From Alphaproteobacteria bacterium (GTDB lineage: Bacteria > Pseudomonadota > Alphaproteobacteria > UBA2966), in assembly GCA_964291395.2 (NCBI GenBank), contig OZ219856.1, positions 1,088,001-1,152,000 on the forward strand: 64,000 nt of DNA, in the 5' to 3' direction. Within the stretch, counting starts at the first letter, position 1. Every line of letters begins with the position of its first letter. A program made the translations under genes and the position numbers. This document shows positions 32,933-43,960 of the stretch, one piece after another. The notes under the pieces are model-generated. The model was not told the DNA's origin and searched no databases. It worked only from the letters and a program-made list of their open reading frames with translations.

Positions 32933-33900
32933 CGCGCCGCGGCGAATTCGGCGTCATCGATGAGCTGTTCGCTCCGCTCGCCAGGGGCAACCCGGCGGGG
33001 CTGGCCCTGACCGACGACGCGGCGCTCCTCGATGTCATACCGGGGCATGAGATCGTGGCGACAACGGACGCGCTGGTCGAGGGTGTTCATTTTCACGCTG
33101 ATGACGCCCCGGATCTGATCGGGCGCAAGCTTCTCAGAGTGAACCTGTCGGACCTCGCCGCCATGGGCGCGGAACCGTATGTCTATCTGCTCACCCTTGC
33201 CGTGCCTTCCGGATGCGGGGACACGTGGCTCGAGCGGTTTACCGGAGGCTTGGCACAAGATCAGCAGGAGTTCGATATTCACTTGGCGGGTGGCGATACC
33301 GTCTCGACCGAAGGGACTCTAGTCCTCTCTTTGACCGCGTTCGGTATCGTCCCTAGCGGCCAGGTGTTACGGAGATCCGCCGCGACGGAAGGCGAGGACC
33401 TTTGGACTTCGGGAACCATCGGTGACAGCGCACTGGCCCTCGAGGCGAAGCACGCCGGCCTCGAAGCGGCGGAAGTCGCCTTTCTGAGAGATCGTTACCT
33501 GCTGCCCCGGCCTCGTATTGCATTGGGTATTGCGTTACGTGGGGTCGCGAGCGCGTGCATCGATGTCTCGGATGGCTTGGTGGCCGATCTGGGTCACGTT
33601 TGTCGGAGTTCGGGCATCGGCGGCGAGGTGTGGACTACGAGCATTCCTCTCTCTCGGCCCGCGCGCGCCGTACTCGATGCTGATACCGAATTGATCCGGA
33701 CGGTCCTGGGTGGAGGTGACGATTACGAGTTGTTGTTTTGCGCGCCGCCCGAACGGCGAGAAGACATCGAGACGCTGGCCCAAGGTTGCGGCGTAGCGGT
33801 GACCCGGATTGGCCGGATGCATGATGGCGACGGGGTGGTCGTTCTTGATGCGAAAGGTGCCGAAATTTCTTTGACTTTCCATGGTTACACGCATTTTTGA
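32929..33900 (+). CDS. thiL: Thiamine-monophosphate kinase
   Basis: GEFGVI, DDAA, VNLSDLAAMGA, GGDT, IDVSDGL, GGDDYEL. Confidence 0.95.
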   Translation: MTRRGEFGVIDELFAPLARGNPAGLALTDDAALLDVIPGHEIVATTDALVEGVHFHADDAPDLIGRKLLRVNLSDLAAMGAEPYVYLLTLAVPSGCGDTWLERFTGGLAQDQQEFDIHLAGGDTVSTEGTLVLSLTAFGIVPSGQVLRRSAATEGEDLWTSGTIGDSALALEAKHAGLEAAEVAFLRDRYLLPRPRIALGIALRGVASACIDVSDGLVADLGHVCRSSGIGGEVWTTSIPLSRPARAVLDADTELIRTVLGGGDDYELLFCAPPERREDIETLAQGCGVAVTRIGRMHDGDGVVVLDAKGAEISLTFHGYTHF

Positions 33901-34004
33901 TGATCTATGGATGCGGCCGGGACATATGATCGTGGACCTTACACATCCGGAACGCGACCGGCCCGGGCGCCGAGGTGGCGCCGCTGGTGCCACCGTAGGT
34001 TGCG

Positions 34005-35198
34005 ATGACGTCGATTAAATGGAACGTCGCCATTCTGGCGGCGTGTCAGGCGGTCTTGCTGACGGTCAATCTGTCGGTCATCGCGTTGGCAGGCTTGGTC
34101 GGTCATTCACTCGCCGAAAACAAGGCCTTGGCAACGTTGCCCGTGAGCACGTTCATCATCGGTGTCGCTCTTTCAACCATCCCGGCTTCCTACTGGATGC
34201 GCTTGGTCGGACGCCGGTTGGGGTTCATGAGTGGCGCGGCGGTCGGCATGCTGGGGGCCGCCGTGTGCTGTTACGCCGTCTACTCGATCGACTTCTGGCT
34301 CTACTGTGTGGGAACGCTCATGCTCGGAACCCAGAATGCCTTCGGCCAGCAGTATCGGTTCGCGGCCGCCGAGATTTCCACGCCCGAATTCAGAGCAAAG
34401 GCAATCTCGTGGGTTCTCGCCGCCGGAATCGTGGGCGGGGTTCTGGGACCGGAGAGTTCCAAATATACGAAGGATCTCTTCGCCCCCTACAGCTTTCTCG
34501 GAACCTATCTCGTGGTCATGGTTCTGTCGGGGATCGCGATTCTCCTGCTGACCCAGTTGCGAATTCCGAATCTGACGGCAGAGGAGCGAAAGGACAAAGG
34601 CCGACCCCTGTCGCAGATCGTTCGCCAGCCGGTCTTCTACGTGGCGGCCTTAGGCGCCATGGTGGGATACGCAGTCATGAACCTCGTCATGACCGCCGGA
34701 CCCTTGGCGATGGTCGCCTGCGGCATCTCCTACGGCAACACGATCTTCGTCGTCGAATGGCATGTCATTGGAATGTTTGCGCCTTCGTTCTTCACCGGTC
34801 ACCTGATTAACCGCTTTGGCGTGCTCAACATCATGACTGCCGGCGCGGCCTGCTTCTTCGCAGCCGTCGTCGCCGCGGTCACCGGCATCACGCTGCCCAA
34901 TTTTTGGGCTGCGTTGTTCCTCCTCGGCGTGGGGTGGAATTTCATGTTCGTCGGCGGAACGACGCTGTTGACGGAGAGTTACAGCCCGGCAGAGAAGGCG
35001 AAGACCCAGGGTCTCAACGATTTCATGGTATTCGGCTCGGTCGCCTGCGCGTCTCTTTCGTCGGGCGGCTTGATGCATCTGTCCGGATGGAACGCCGTGA
35101 ACGTGGGTGCGCTCCCGTTCCTCGCGATCGCGACGGCTGCGATCGTCTGGCTCCTGCTGAGGCGCCGCCGTCCAGCTGAGGCGAGCCAGTCAGCCTGA
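34005..35198 (+). CDS. MFS transporter
   Basis: About 12 TM segments; GRRLGF, YRFAAAE, WHVIGMFAPSFFTG. Confidence 0.9.
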   Translation: MTSIKWNVAILAACQAVLLTVNLSVIALAGLVGHSLAENKALATLPVSTFIIGVALSTIPASYWMRLVGRRLGFMSGAAVGMLGAAVCCYAVYSIDFWLYCVGTLMLGTQNAFGQQYRFAAAEISTPEFRAKAISWVLAAGIVGGVLGPESSKYTKDLFAPYSFLGTYLVVMVLSGIAILLLTQLRIPNLTAEERKDKGRPLSQIVRQPVFYVAALGAMVGYAVMNLVMTAGPLAMVACGISYGNTIFVVEWHVIGMFAPSFFTGHLINRFGVLNIMTAGAACFFAAVVAAVTGITLPNFWAALFLLGVGWNFMFVGGTTLLTESYSPAEKAKTQGLNDFMVFGSVACASLSSGGLMHLSGWNAVNVGALPFLAIATAAIVWLLLRRRRPAEASQSA

Positions 35199-35234
35199 AG
35201 CGCAGGCTGACAACTCGTTCACCGGTCGTTTTCC

Positions 35235-36443
35235 ATGCTCTTTGAACGGCTTCGATACGGTAGAATGGGCAGGAACGTGCTGATTCTGGCCACGTGTCAG
35301 GGTCTCCTGTTCAGTATCAACACAGCTTTTGCCATGGTGAGCGGACTGGTTGGTGCCACTCTGGCATCCGATCCATCTCTTGCCACCGTGCCGCTCGGGC
35401 TGTTCATCACGGGCGCGGCGCTTTCCACGTATCCTGCATCCCTGCTGATGGGCCGCATCGGTCGGCGATTGGGCTTCCTGATCGGTGCCGCCGTCGGTTT
35501 TTATGGTGGCGTTCTAGGTGCTTGGTCCGTCGCCGTGGGCAGCTTCGAGCTCCTCTGTTTCACCGGGCTGTTCATGGGCATCTACTTCGCCTTTGGCCAG
35601 TACTACCGGTTTGCAATCGCCGACGTGGCATCGGGGCCGCTCAAGCACCACGCCGTCTCCATCGTTCTCGCTGGCGGGGTGTTCAGCGGCGTTCTCGGAC
35701 CCTACAGCGCCGACTGGAGCCGCGACCTACTGGCGCCGCAGATCTTCATGGGCACTTACGCGGCGGTGTCGGCGTTGGCTTACCTGAAATTCCTTCTTCT
35801 TACCTTCATCGACATACCGGCGCCGCCAAAGGCGGCCCGGCGCCAGACCGGACGCCCCTTGGGTGAGATCGTCCGTCAACCGCGTTTCGTCATTGCGGCG
35901 ATCGCGGGCATGGTCAGTTGGGCCGCGATGAATCAGTTGATGATGGGAGCGCCGATCGCCATGCATATCTGCTCCTTGCCGTTTTCGGATGCGGCATTTG
36001 TCATGCAATGGCACAACTTCGCGATGTTCCTTCCGGGGTTCGCCGCCGGCGCGCTGATCAATAGGTACGGCGTCTACAACATGATGCTGTGGGGCGCACT
36101 GATGATGTTCGGATCGGTGGCGGCCGTAGTGACGGGGATCGACCTTTGGAATTTCTGGTGGGGCGGTTTCCTGGTCGGCACGGGTTGGTGCTTCCTGTTC
36201 GTGAGCGCGACGATACTTGTCACCGAGTGTTGCACCGTCGAAGAACAGTCCAAGACGCAGGGATTCAACGATTTCCTGGTTTTCTTCGCCCAGGCCGCCG
36301 GCACTTTTTCGTCCGGCATTCTTATCTACCAGGTTGGGTGGGCATCCGTGGGCTATACGTTGCTGCCCGTCATCTTGTTGACGGCGGTCGCCACGACTTG
36401 GCTGGCGTTCCGGGAGGGTACGCTCGCACCGGAGGTCCGTTAG
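35235..36443 (+). CDS. MFS transporter, tandem paralog of the preceding gene
   Basis: GRRLGF, YRFAIAD, GRPLGEIVRQP, KTQGFNDF are shared with the neighbour. Confidence 0.9.
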   Translation: MLFERLRYGRMGRNVLILATCQGLLFSINTAFAMVSGLVGATLASDPSLATVPLGLFITGAALSTYPASLLMGRIGRRLGFLIGAAVGFYGGVLGAWSVAVGSFELLCFTGLFMGIYFAFGQYYRFAIADVASGPLKHHAVSIVLAGGVFSGVLGPYSADWSRDLLAPQIFMGTYAAVSALAYLKFLLLTFIDIPAPPKAARRQTGRPLGEIVRQPRFVIAAIAGMVSWAAMNQLMMGAPIAMHICSLPFSDAAFVMQWHNFAMFLPGFAAGALINRYGVYNMMLWGALMMFGSVAAVVTGIDLWNFWWGGFLVGTGWCFLFVSATILVTECCTVEEQSKTQGFNDFLVFFAQAAGTFSSGILIYQVGWASVGYTLLPVILLTAVATTWLAFREGTLAPEVR

Positions 36444-36607
36444 GGGACCTGAGTCTGAGGTTCGCCGTCGGCGTTCGTGTTGCGTTCGAATCCGCGCTCC
36501 CTTATGGTCCGCGCGGCCTGAACGAATGCCGCTGGTCGCGGCTTTGACGCTGCGGGGCGGACGGAGTCGCGGCGACCAAGTCACGGAAGAATTGGGAGAA
36601 ATTTGTG

Positions 36608-38692
36608 ATGTCTGCGGAGCTTTGGTTCGTCTTGCTTTGTGGCGCGCTGGCAATTCTCTATGGCGTGTTCGCCAGCCGGTCGGTGCTGGCCGCAAGCCCG
36701 GGGAATGAACGTATGCAGGAGATCGCGGGTGCCGTCCAGGAAGGTGCCGGAGCCTATCTCAATCGGCAATACCGCACGATCGCCATCGTCGGTCTCGTGG
36801 TCTGTATCCTCGTTTTCATTTTCCTCGGCGTGTTTTCAGGCATCGGTTACCTGATCGGCGCCGTTTTCTCCGCCGCAACTGGGTACATCGGTATGAACGT
36901 TTCGGTGCGGGCCAACGTCAGAACGACCGAGGCTTCGCGACAGGGAATGCAGCAGGGACTGAACATCGCCTTCAAGGCGGGTGCCGTGACCGGCATGCTC
37001 GTTGCCGGGCTCGCGCTGCTCGCCGTGGCCGTTTACTACGCCGTGCTTCTCGCAGCGGGGATCGAGGGGCGCGAGATCATCAACGCGCTCATTTCCCTGG
37101 GTTTTGGAGCTTCGTTGATCTCGATCTTTGCGCGGCTGGGCGGCGGCATCTTCACCAAGGGCGCGGACGTCGGTGCCGACCTCGTTGGTAAGGTTGAGGC
37201 CGGGATCCCCGAGGACGACCCGCGCAACCCCGCAGTCATTGCGGACAATGTGGGCGATAATGTCGGCGACTGCGCGGGGATGGCCGCGGACCTGTTCGAG
37301 ACTTACGCGGTCACCGTTGTCGCCACCATGGTACTGGCCTGGATTTTCTTCGCGGGGGATGCCGTCACACAGGCGTCGATGATGCTCTATCCACTCGTCA
37401 TCGGGGGCGTATGCATCATCGCCTCCGTGATCGGGACATTCTTCGTCCGCCTCGGGTCGGGCCAGAACATCATGGCTGCGCTGTACAAGGGATTCCTGGT
37501 GGCGGCCGTCTTGTCGGCGATCGGATTCTACCCGGTGACGGATCATCTGATCGGGATGGACAACGCCTTCTCGGTCGGCGGCAGATCCGTCAGCGGCAAC
37601 GCTCTGTTCATTTGCAGCCTGGTGGGGTTGGTGGTCACGGGCCTCATCATCTGGGTCACTGAGTATTATACGGGCACCGATTTTCGTCCTGTTCGCAGCA
37701 TTGCCAACGCCTCGGAAACGGGCCATGGAACGAACGTCATTCAGGGCCTCGCCGTTTCGATGGAGGCGACGGGTCTGCCGGCCCTGATCATCTGCGCCGG
37801 TATCGTCGTCGCTTTCTCGCTGGCTGGATTGTTCGGCATCGCGATCGCCGTCACCGCCATGCTGGCGCTCGCCGGGATGGTGGTGGCGCTTGACGCATAC
37901 GGTCCGGTGACGGACAACGCCGGCGGGATCGCCGAAATGGCGGATCTCGATGCCGAGGTTCGAAAAACCACCGATGCGCTCGATGCCGTCGGCAATACCA
38001 CGAAGGCCGTGACCAAAGGCTACGCCATCGGTTCCGCGGGCTTGGCTGCGCTCGTCCTCTTTGCGGCGTACACCGAGGACCTCAAGGCGTTCTTCTCCGA
38101 CGTGGCCGTCGAATTCACCCTCTCGAACCCCTATGTCGTGGTGGGCCTCTTCGTCGGCGGGATGCTGCCCTACATGTTCGGCGCGCTGGCCATGACCGCC
38201 GTGGGGCGTGCGGCGGGTTCGGTGGTTCTCGAAGTCCGTCGCCAGTTCCAGGAAATCCCGGGAATCATGGAGGGCACCAGTAAACCCGAATACGCACGCG
38301 CCGTCGACATGCTGACGAGCGCGGCCATCAAGGAAATGGTGATTCCGTCGCTGCTCCCCGTGCTTGCGCCGATCGTGCTCTATGTCGTCATTCTCGTGAT
38401 CGCGGGCCAGGCGGAGGCCTTCGCAGCTGTAGGCGCGATGCTCATGGGTGTGATCGTGACCGGGTTGTTCGTCGCCATTTCGATGACCGCCGGGGGGGGC
38501 GCCTGGGACAACGCAAAGAAGTTCATCGAGGATGGTCATCATGGTGGAAAGGGGTCCGAGGCACACAAGGCGGCCGTGACGGGCGATACGGTCGGCGATC
38601 CCTACAAGGACACGGCTGGACCCGCTGTGAACCCGATGATCAAGATCACCAACATCGTCGCGTTGTTGTTGCTGGCGGCACTGGCGCACTAA
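36608..38692 (+). CDS. hppA: Membrane pyrophosphatase, predicted K+-independent H+ pump
   Basis: [26 protein letters not shown] (Lys at the K+-dependence position), [10 protein letters not shown]. Confidence 0.95.
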   Translation: MSAELWFVLLCGALAILYGVFASRSVLAASPGNERMQEIAGAVQEGAGAYLNRQYRTIAIVGLVVCILVFIFLGVFSGIGYLIGAVFSAATGYIGMNVSVRANVRTTEASRQGMQQGLNIAFKAGAVTGMLVAGLALLAVAVYYAVLLAAGIEGREIINALISLGFGASLISIFARLGGGIFTKGADVGADLVGKVEAGIPEDDPRNPAVIADNVGDNVGDCAGMAADLFETYAVTVVATMVLAWIFFAGDAVTQASMMLYPLVIGGVCIIASVIGTFFVRLGSGQNIMAALYKGFLVAAVLSAIGFYPVTDHLIGMDNAFSVGGRSVSGNALFICSLVGLVVTGLIIWVTEYYTGTDFRPVRSIANASETGHGTNVIQGLAVSMEATGLPALIICAGIVVAFSLAGLFGIAIAVTAMLALAGMVVALDAYGPVTDNAGGIAEMADLDAEVRKTTDALDAVGNTTKAVTKGYAIGSAGLAALVLFAAYTEDLKAFFSDVAVEFTLSNPYVVVGLFVGGMLPYMFGALAMTAVGRAAGSVVLEVRRQFQEIPGIMEGTSKPEYARAVDMLTSAAIKEMVIPSLLPVLAPIVLYVVILVIAGQAEAFAAVGAMLMGVIVTGLFVAISMTAGGGAWDNAKKFIEDGHHGGKGSEAHKAAVTGDTVGDPYKDTAGPAVNPMIKITNIVALLLLAALAH

Positions 38693-38742
38693 AGCGGTTC
38701 AAACGTAACTTGAACCGTCATGGCCCCGATGTCGGGGAGCGC

Positions 38743-39192
38743 CTATTCGTTCCCTTCTTCCCCGGTGAACCGTCCGAGGTTGCCGAATAGCTGCTGTACC
38801 AGACTCAACTGCTTGCCGCGCGTGGGCGTGACCCGCTCGTTCATCACGATCGTGCGGGCATCTTCGGTCTCGTAGCGCTTGACCTCGGCAACGGCACCCG
38901 AGTCGTCGAACTTGATGGCCACCACGCGTTGATCGACGATTTTCTTTTCGAAAAAGGCTAGGCGCTCGGTTTTCCGAGTGACGTAATACCAGGTATCGGT
39001 ACCAAACGTGGATACGTTCGAGGGTGAGCCGAGCACGTTCAGAACACTTCCCTTGTCGTCTACGCCGCTCTTGATCTCGGCGATCAGCACGTCGTCGATG
39101 AAATAGCCGCGGACGTTTTGCGTCGGCGTGCAGCCGGTGCCCAGCAGTCCCAACATTAGGCCGAACGTGAGGTATACGCGGACGGGTGACAT
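38743..39192 (-). CDS. bamE: Outer membrane assembly lipoprotein BamE
   Basis: Lipobox GTGC, LGSPS, WYY, QLFGNLGR. Confidence 0.9.
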   Translation of the reverse strand: MSPVRVYLTFGLMLGLLGTGCTPTQNVRGYFIDDVLIAEIKSGVDDKGSVLNVLGSPSNVSTFGTDTWYYVTRKTERLAFFEKKIVDQRVVAIKFDDSGAVAEVKRYETEDARTIVMNERVTPTRGKQLSLVQQLFGNLGRFTGEEGNE

Positions 39193-39316
39193 CTGAACGC
39201 TTCCTGCGACTCCGCCGACATTCCGGGGCGGTGTTCACCCTGCCGGCTACGGGTCGAGAACTTGCATCCGGTCGTCAAGTGTGTCAATCGGCTGCAAGTT
39301 CTGCGCAGGAGGTGGC

Positions 39317-39892
39317 GTGTTCGTCTTCAGTCGTCGAAAGAGGCGCGAGCGCGAGATCGCGCGGCGGTTATACGACCAGGTTGTCGGGCAGGCTAGGTCG
39401 CCGTCGTTCTACGTCGACGGGGGTGTCCCCGATACGGTCGATGGCAGGTTCGAGATGGTGGTGCTGCACACCTATCTCGTGGTCGGCAGGTTGATGGCGG
39501 GAGAGGATGAAGCCCAGCGAATCGCTCAATATCTGTTCGATACGATGATTACCGACATGGACCGGAGCCTGCGGGAGATGGGTGTTGGCGATCTGAGTGT
39601 TGGCAGGAAAGTCAAGGCGATGGCCGAGGCCTACTACGGGCGGTCTCGAGCCTACGATTCCGCGTTGGCGACCAGTGATGCCGATCTGTCCAGCACGTTG
39701 CGCCGGAATGTTTTCGGCACCATCCCTTCGGAAAGCGAGACGGAAAACGCCCTCGTCGATGGCATGACCCGCTACGTCACGGCGGTGTTGCGGAGGTTGC
39801 GGGAGCAGCCGGTCGAGGTGATAGCGGACGGCCGCGTTCGCTTTGTGGATTATTCCTTGATCAGCTCGGACCCAGAGAGATTTCATCGTTGA
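39317..39892 (+). CDS. Ubiquinol-cytochrome c chaperone (Cbp3-like)
   Basis: GVPDTVDGRFE, DMDRSLREMGVGD, YGRSRAYD; AGGAGG RBS before GTG 39317. Confidence 0.9.
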   Translation: MFVFSRRKRREREIARRLYDQVVGQARSPSFYVDGGVPDTVDGRFEMVVLHTYLVVGRLMAGEDEAQRIAQYLFDTMITDMDRSLREMGVGDLSVGRKVKAMAEAYYGRSRAYDSALATSDADLSSTLRRNVFGTIPSESETENALVDGMTRYVTAVLRRLREQPVEVIADGRVRFVDYSLISSDPERFHR

Positions 39893-39987
39893 CCGGGGTC
39901 GGTGCTGGCCCTATTTTCGCGCCGCCACGGGCGCTCTCGCGTGAAAGCAGCACAACAATTGGCAATGTCCGCGCCCGAAACGCAAAC

Positions 39988-40527
39988 ATGAGCGTCGAGT
40001 CATCACCTGAATTCAGCCGGATTATCCGAGCCGATCAGCTTGCCGACCGGGACACGGAAATCGCGTTTCGATGTGAGCCGGCCGAACGCCGCCGGTTGGC
40101 AGATCGCTTTTCGCTCCTGGATCTCGAGCGGCTCGAAGCTCGAGTTTGGGCGCGCCGGGTCAATGGCACGTCGGTCGTGCGGGTGCGTGTCAATTTCGTC
40201 GCCGACGTGTTACAGTCCTGCGTCATTACGCTAGATTCCGTGGCGGCGCATATCGACGAGTGGTTCGAGCTTGAATACGTCCCCGGCGCTGATGTCGACG
40301 GGGGCAGGGAAGTGGTATTCGATCCTGAAGAAAACGATCCGCCCGAGCTGATGCAGGGTGGATCGTTCGATATCGGGGAGGCGATTTCAGAGCACTTGGC
40401 GTTGTCGCTGGATGACTATCCGAGGAAGCCGGGAACGGAGTTTACGGTTCACACCAAGCGCGCCGATGAAGGCGAACCGACGGACAGTCCGTTCGCAATC
40501 CTCAGAGACGGTCCCGCGAAGAATTAG
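39988..40527 (+). CDS. DUF177/YceD family protein
   Basis: PEFSR, QSCVITL, EHLALSLDDYPRKPG, SPFA; located before rpmF. Confidence 0.88.
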   Translation: MSVESSPEFSRIIRADQLADRDTEIAFRCEPAERRRLADRFSLLDLERLEARVWARRVNGTSVVRVRVNFVADVLQSCVITLDSVAAHIDEWFELEYVPGADVDGGREVVFDPEENDPPELMQGGSFDIGEAISEHLALSLDDYPRKPGTEFTVHTKRADEGEPTDSPFAILRDGPAKN

Positions 40528-40576
40528 GCGTGCGATAGCCGCGCTTCCGGCGAACCGCTGACGAAAGACAGGAATC

Positions 40577-40762
40577 ATGGCAGTACCCAAGAAGAAGGTG
40601 TCGAAATCCAAGCGCAACATGAGGCGCTCCCACGACGCGTTGAAACCGTCCGCGTATGTGGAGTGTTCGAATTGCGGCGAGTACAAGCGTCCGCATCATG
40701 TGTGTCAGGCGTGCGGCTGCTACAACGATCGCGAGGTAACCGAGGCAGGCGGCACCATTTAG
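40577..40762 (+). CDS. rpmF: 50S ribosomal protein L32 (Zn-ribbon form)
   Basis: [23 protein letters not shown]...CQAC. Confidence 0.97.
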   Translation: MAVPKKKVSKSKRNMRRSHDALKPSAYVECSNCGEYKRPHHVCQACGCYNDREVTEAGGTI

Positions 40763-40794
40763 CGCTCAGAGCAGGCGTATCCCCGGGTTCCGCC

Positions 40795-41856
40795 GTGACG
40801 TCTTCCGTGTATATCGCTCTGGATGCTATGGGGGGTGACCATGCTCCCGAGATGGTCATTGAGGGGACCGAGATAGCGCGGTCCCAGCATTCTGACGCGC
40901 GATTCCTCCTCTTCGGCGACGAGAACCGAATCGCGCCCTACCTCGCGCGTTTTCGCCGCCTCGCCGAGGTCTGCGAAATTCGCCACACCGAGCAATCCAT
41001 CGCAGCCGATGAGAAGCCTGCACAGGCCTTGCGTCGAGGCCAGGAGTCGAGCATGCGTCTGGCCGTCGACGCCGTAAAGGAGGGCTTCGCCGGCGGCGTC
41101 GTATCCGCTGGCAATACCGGTGCTCTGATGGCCATCTCCAAGTTCGTTCTCAAAACGCAGCCGAGCATTGATCGCCCAGCCATGGTCTCGTTCTTCCCGA
41201 CGCGAAAGGGACGAACCGCCGTTCTCGACTTGGGCGCCAATGTCGAATGCAGTGCCGGCAATTTGGTTCAGTTTGCCGTCATGGGTGCCGCGTTCGCCCG
41301 AATCGAATTGGGTATCGACCGACCGACGGTGGGTTTGCTCAATGTCGGCGTGGAAGAGCTTAAGGGCAACGACACGGTCCGGTCCGCAGGGGAAGCCCTC
41401 CGCGACGTCGATTTCGGGTTCGAGTTCGCGGGGTTCATCGAAGGAAACGATATTTGTGAAGGCACTGTAGATGTCGTTGCTACGGACGGTTTCACGGGCA
41501 ACGCCGTATTGAAGACCCTCGAAGGCGGTTCGAGTATGTTCGTGGACTTCATGCGCCAAGCCTTTCAAAGCGGCATCCCCTCGAAGCTGGGTTACCTGCT
41601 GGCAAGACCCGCATTGCGGCTGATGAGGGCGAGGATCGATCCCCGCGCCTACAACGGCGCCGTGTTTGTCGGTCTCAACGGCATTTCCGTGAAGAGTCAC
41701 GGCGGCACTGACGGTGCCGGGTATGCCAACGCGATCGGTGTCGCGATCGATCTGGTTCGAGGCCGCTTTACCGAACGCATTCAGGCCGATCTCGAAAAGA
41801 GCTACGTTATTCCGCAGGAACTTGCGGACGAAGCGCCACAGGCGGCCGTTTCGTGA
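40795..41856 (+). CDS. plsX: Phosphate acyltransferase PlsX
   Basis: [35 protein letters not shown]. Confidence 0.96.
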   Translation: MTSSVYIALDAMGGDHAPEMVIEGTEIARSQHSDARFLLFGDENRIAPYLARFRRLAEVCEIRHTEQSIAADEKPAQALRRGQESSMRLAVDAVKEGFAGGVVSAGNTGALMAISKFVLKTQPSIDRPAMVSFFPTRKGRTAVLDLGANVECSAGNLVQFAVMGAAFARIELGIDRPTVGLLNVGVEELKGNDTVRSAGEALRDVDFGFEFAGFIEGNDICEGTVDVVATDGFTGNAVLKTLEGGSSMFVDFMRQAFQSGIPSKLGYLLARPALRLMRARIDPRAYNGAVFVGLNGISVKSHGGTDGAGYANAIGVAIDLVRGRFTERIQADLEKSYVIPQELADEAPQAAVS

Positions 41857-42830
41857 CCTTCAGGCGTTCCCAAATCGCAGGCTGCGGGTCTTATCTTCCT
41901 GCCCGGGTGATGACCAACGACGAGATGGCGAAGATCGTCGACACCAGCGACGAATGGATTACGGCGCGCACGGGAATCAAGCGGCGGCACATCGCAGCCG
42001 ATGGCGAGAAGACGTCCGATCTTGCCATGCACGCGTCGACGGCCGCGCTCGTGGATGCCGGTGTTGCCGTCGGCGAACTCGACATGATCGTTTTGGCGAC
42101 CGCAACGCCCGATGAAACGTTTCCCGCGACGGCGACGCTCGTTCAGGCCCAACTCGGCATGACCCGGGGGTTCGCATTCGACGTCCAGGCGGTTTGTAGC
42201 GGTTTTGTCTATGCCATGGCGGTGGCCGACAATTTCTTGCGTGTGGGCCAGGCGGACACGGCGCTCGTGATCGGCGCCGAGACCTTTTCACGGATTCTCG
42301 ATTGGTCCGACCGCAGCACATGCGTCCTGTTTGGAGACGGCGCCGGGGCAGTCGTTCTCAAGTCTGCGGAGGGTAACGGTACCGCCGAAGATCGGGGGAT
42401 TCTCTCCACCCGACTTCACGCGGACGGCCGTAAACATGACATGCTTTATGTCGATGGCGGACCGTCTTCGACGCAAACCACGGGTCACCTCCGGATGCTT
42501 GGTAAGGAAGTATTCCGCCATGCGGTCACCAATCTCTCGAGCGTTGTCGATGAAACTCTGGAGGACGCGGGCCTGACGGCGAGCGAGCTCGACTGGATGG
42601 TGCCGCATCAGGCGAACAGGCGAATTCTCGAGGCCACGGCGAAGAAGCTCAAGCTTTCACCCGAGCGCGTGATCGTTACGATCCAGGATCATGCGAATAC
42701 ATCGGCGGCTTCCGTCCCGCTCGCCCTTGGCCAAGCGACCTCGGATGGCCGGATCAAGCGGGGTGACTTGGTCCTCATGGAGGCCATGGGTGGTGGCTTT
42801 ACCTGGGGTGCCTGCCTTGCGCGGTGGTAG
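41853..42830 (+). CDS. fabH: 3-oxoacyl-ACP synthase III
   Basis: [19 protein letters not shown] catalytic triad. Confidence 0.96.
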   Translation: MTFRRSQIAGCGSYLPARVMTNDEMAKIVDTSDEWITARTGIKRRHIAADGEKTSDLAMHASTAALVDAGVAVGELDMIVLATATPDETFPATATLVQAQLGMTRGFAFDVQAVCSGFVYAMAVADNFLRVGQADTALVIGAETFSRILDWSDRSTCVLFGDGAGAVVLKSAEGNGTAEDRGILSTRLHADGRKHDMLYVDGGPSSTQTTGHLRMLGKEVFRHAVTNLSSVVDETLEDAGLTASELDWMVPHQANRRILEATAKKLKLSPERVIVTIQDHANTSAASVPLALGQATSDGRIKRGDLVLMEAMGGGFTWGACLARW

Positions 42831-42945
42831 TGGACCGGAAGTCCGCTGCCGTGGACGGCAAAGAATGCCGGTTCCTAACCCACGGCGGTCTCTCTGTCTA
42901 GGCGACTCGATTGAGACTTAAAGGTCGGCCTACATCCCTTTGATA

Positions 42946-42974
42946 TTGACGGATTTCTTCGGCAACGCTACGGT
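42946..42974 (+). promoter_or_regulatory. Candidate sigma70 promoter of ihfA
   Basis: TTGACG-N17-TACGGT. Confidence 0.5.
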
Positions 42975-42998
42975 GATCCTTATCCAGCGGGGAAAGAC

Positions 42999-43307
42999 AT
43001 GGCGGGAAGAACGGTCACCCGAGCGCACCTGAGTGAAGCCGTCTACCAAGAGGTTGGACTGTCGCGCAACGAGTCCGCCGATTTGGTTGAAGTCGTCCTG
43101 AATCAGATCGCCGATCATTTGGTTACCGGTGAGACCGTGAAGATTTCTTCATTCGGCAGCTTTTATGTCCGACAGAAGGGCCGCCGGATCGGCCGCAACC
43201 CAAAAACGGGAGAGGAAGTGCCGATCCTGCCCCGCCGGGTTCTCGTTTTTCGACCGTCTCACGTCCTCAAGGATCGCATCAACCGCACCTTGTCACGCAG
43301 CGATTAG
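42999..43307 (+). CDS. ihfA: Integration host factor subunit alpha
   Basis: [23 protein letters not shown]; fabH-ihfA-merR gene order. Confidence 0.96.
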   Translation: MAGRTVTRAHLSEAVYQEVGLSRNESADLVEVVLNQIADHLVTGETVKISSFGSFYVRQKGRRIGRNPKTGEEVPILPRRVLVFRPSHVLKDRINRTLSRSD

Positions 43308-43317
43308 TCGACCGACG

Positions 43318-43728
43318 ATGGCGGACGCAGCGGAACGCAGCACCTCCCGGGCACGGCGCGCGACGAAATCGCCAAGCGCCTTTCGAACGATTTCCGAGGT
43401 CGCCGGCGAGTTGGAGGTCCCACAGCACGTCCTGCGATTCTGGGAAGGCAAGTTCAGTCAGGTGCGGCCGCTGAAGCGGGGCGGCGGCCGGCGCTACTAC
43501 CGGCCGGAAGACGTTGAATTGCTGAGGCGAATTCGGCGTTTGCTCTACAGCGAGGGCTACACCATTCGAGGCGTTCAAAAAGTGCTTCGCGAAGGGGCCA
43601 AACGCGGCGACAGCGCGGAAACCAACGGAGGCGATGGCGCTCTCAATGCCGAACAACGGCGGCTGCTTGAAGGTGTCGTCGACGAACTCGCCTCGCTTCG
43701 GGACATCCTCGCGCGTCGCAGGGTCTGA
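43318..43728 (+). CDS. MerR family transcriptional regulator
   Basis: [38 protein letters not shown]. Confidence 0.93.
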   Translation: MADAAERSTSRARRATKSPSAFRTISEVAGELEVPQHVLRFWEGKFSQVRPLKRGGGRRYYRPEDVELLRRIRRLLYSEGYTIRGVQKVLREGAKRGDSAETNGGDGALNAEQRRLLEGVVDELASLRDILARRRV

Positions 43729-43807
43729 CCCGTCGCCCGATGCCTTGACCGGACCTGCGTGGACGGGTATCCGTGGTACCGCATGTTGAGCAGAACGCAT
43801 AACTCGT

Positions 43808-43884
43808 CGGAGCGTAGCGCAGCCTGGTAGCGCACCACACTGGGGGTGTGGGGGTCGGAGGTTCAAATCCTCTCGCTCCGACCA
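43808..43884 (+). tRNA. tRNA-Pro(GGG)
   Basis: 77-nt cloverleaf: CGGAGCG/CGCTCCG acceptor stem, CCACA-CTGGGGG-TGTGG anticodon arm, GTTCAAATC T-loop, encoded CCA. Confidence 0.97.
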
Positions 43885-43960
43885 TTTTCCTCTGCGATAT
43901 GAACCCTTCCGTTTTGCGTCCCCGAGACAGTCGGAACGCGTCCATGAGAGCGCGCGTCGT

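Noticed and set aside
38492-38499. G8 run in hppA as a phase-variation tract
   Set aside because: It is in frame and encodes the conserved GGAWDNAKK motif region.
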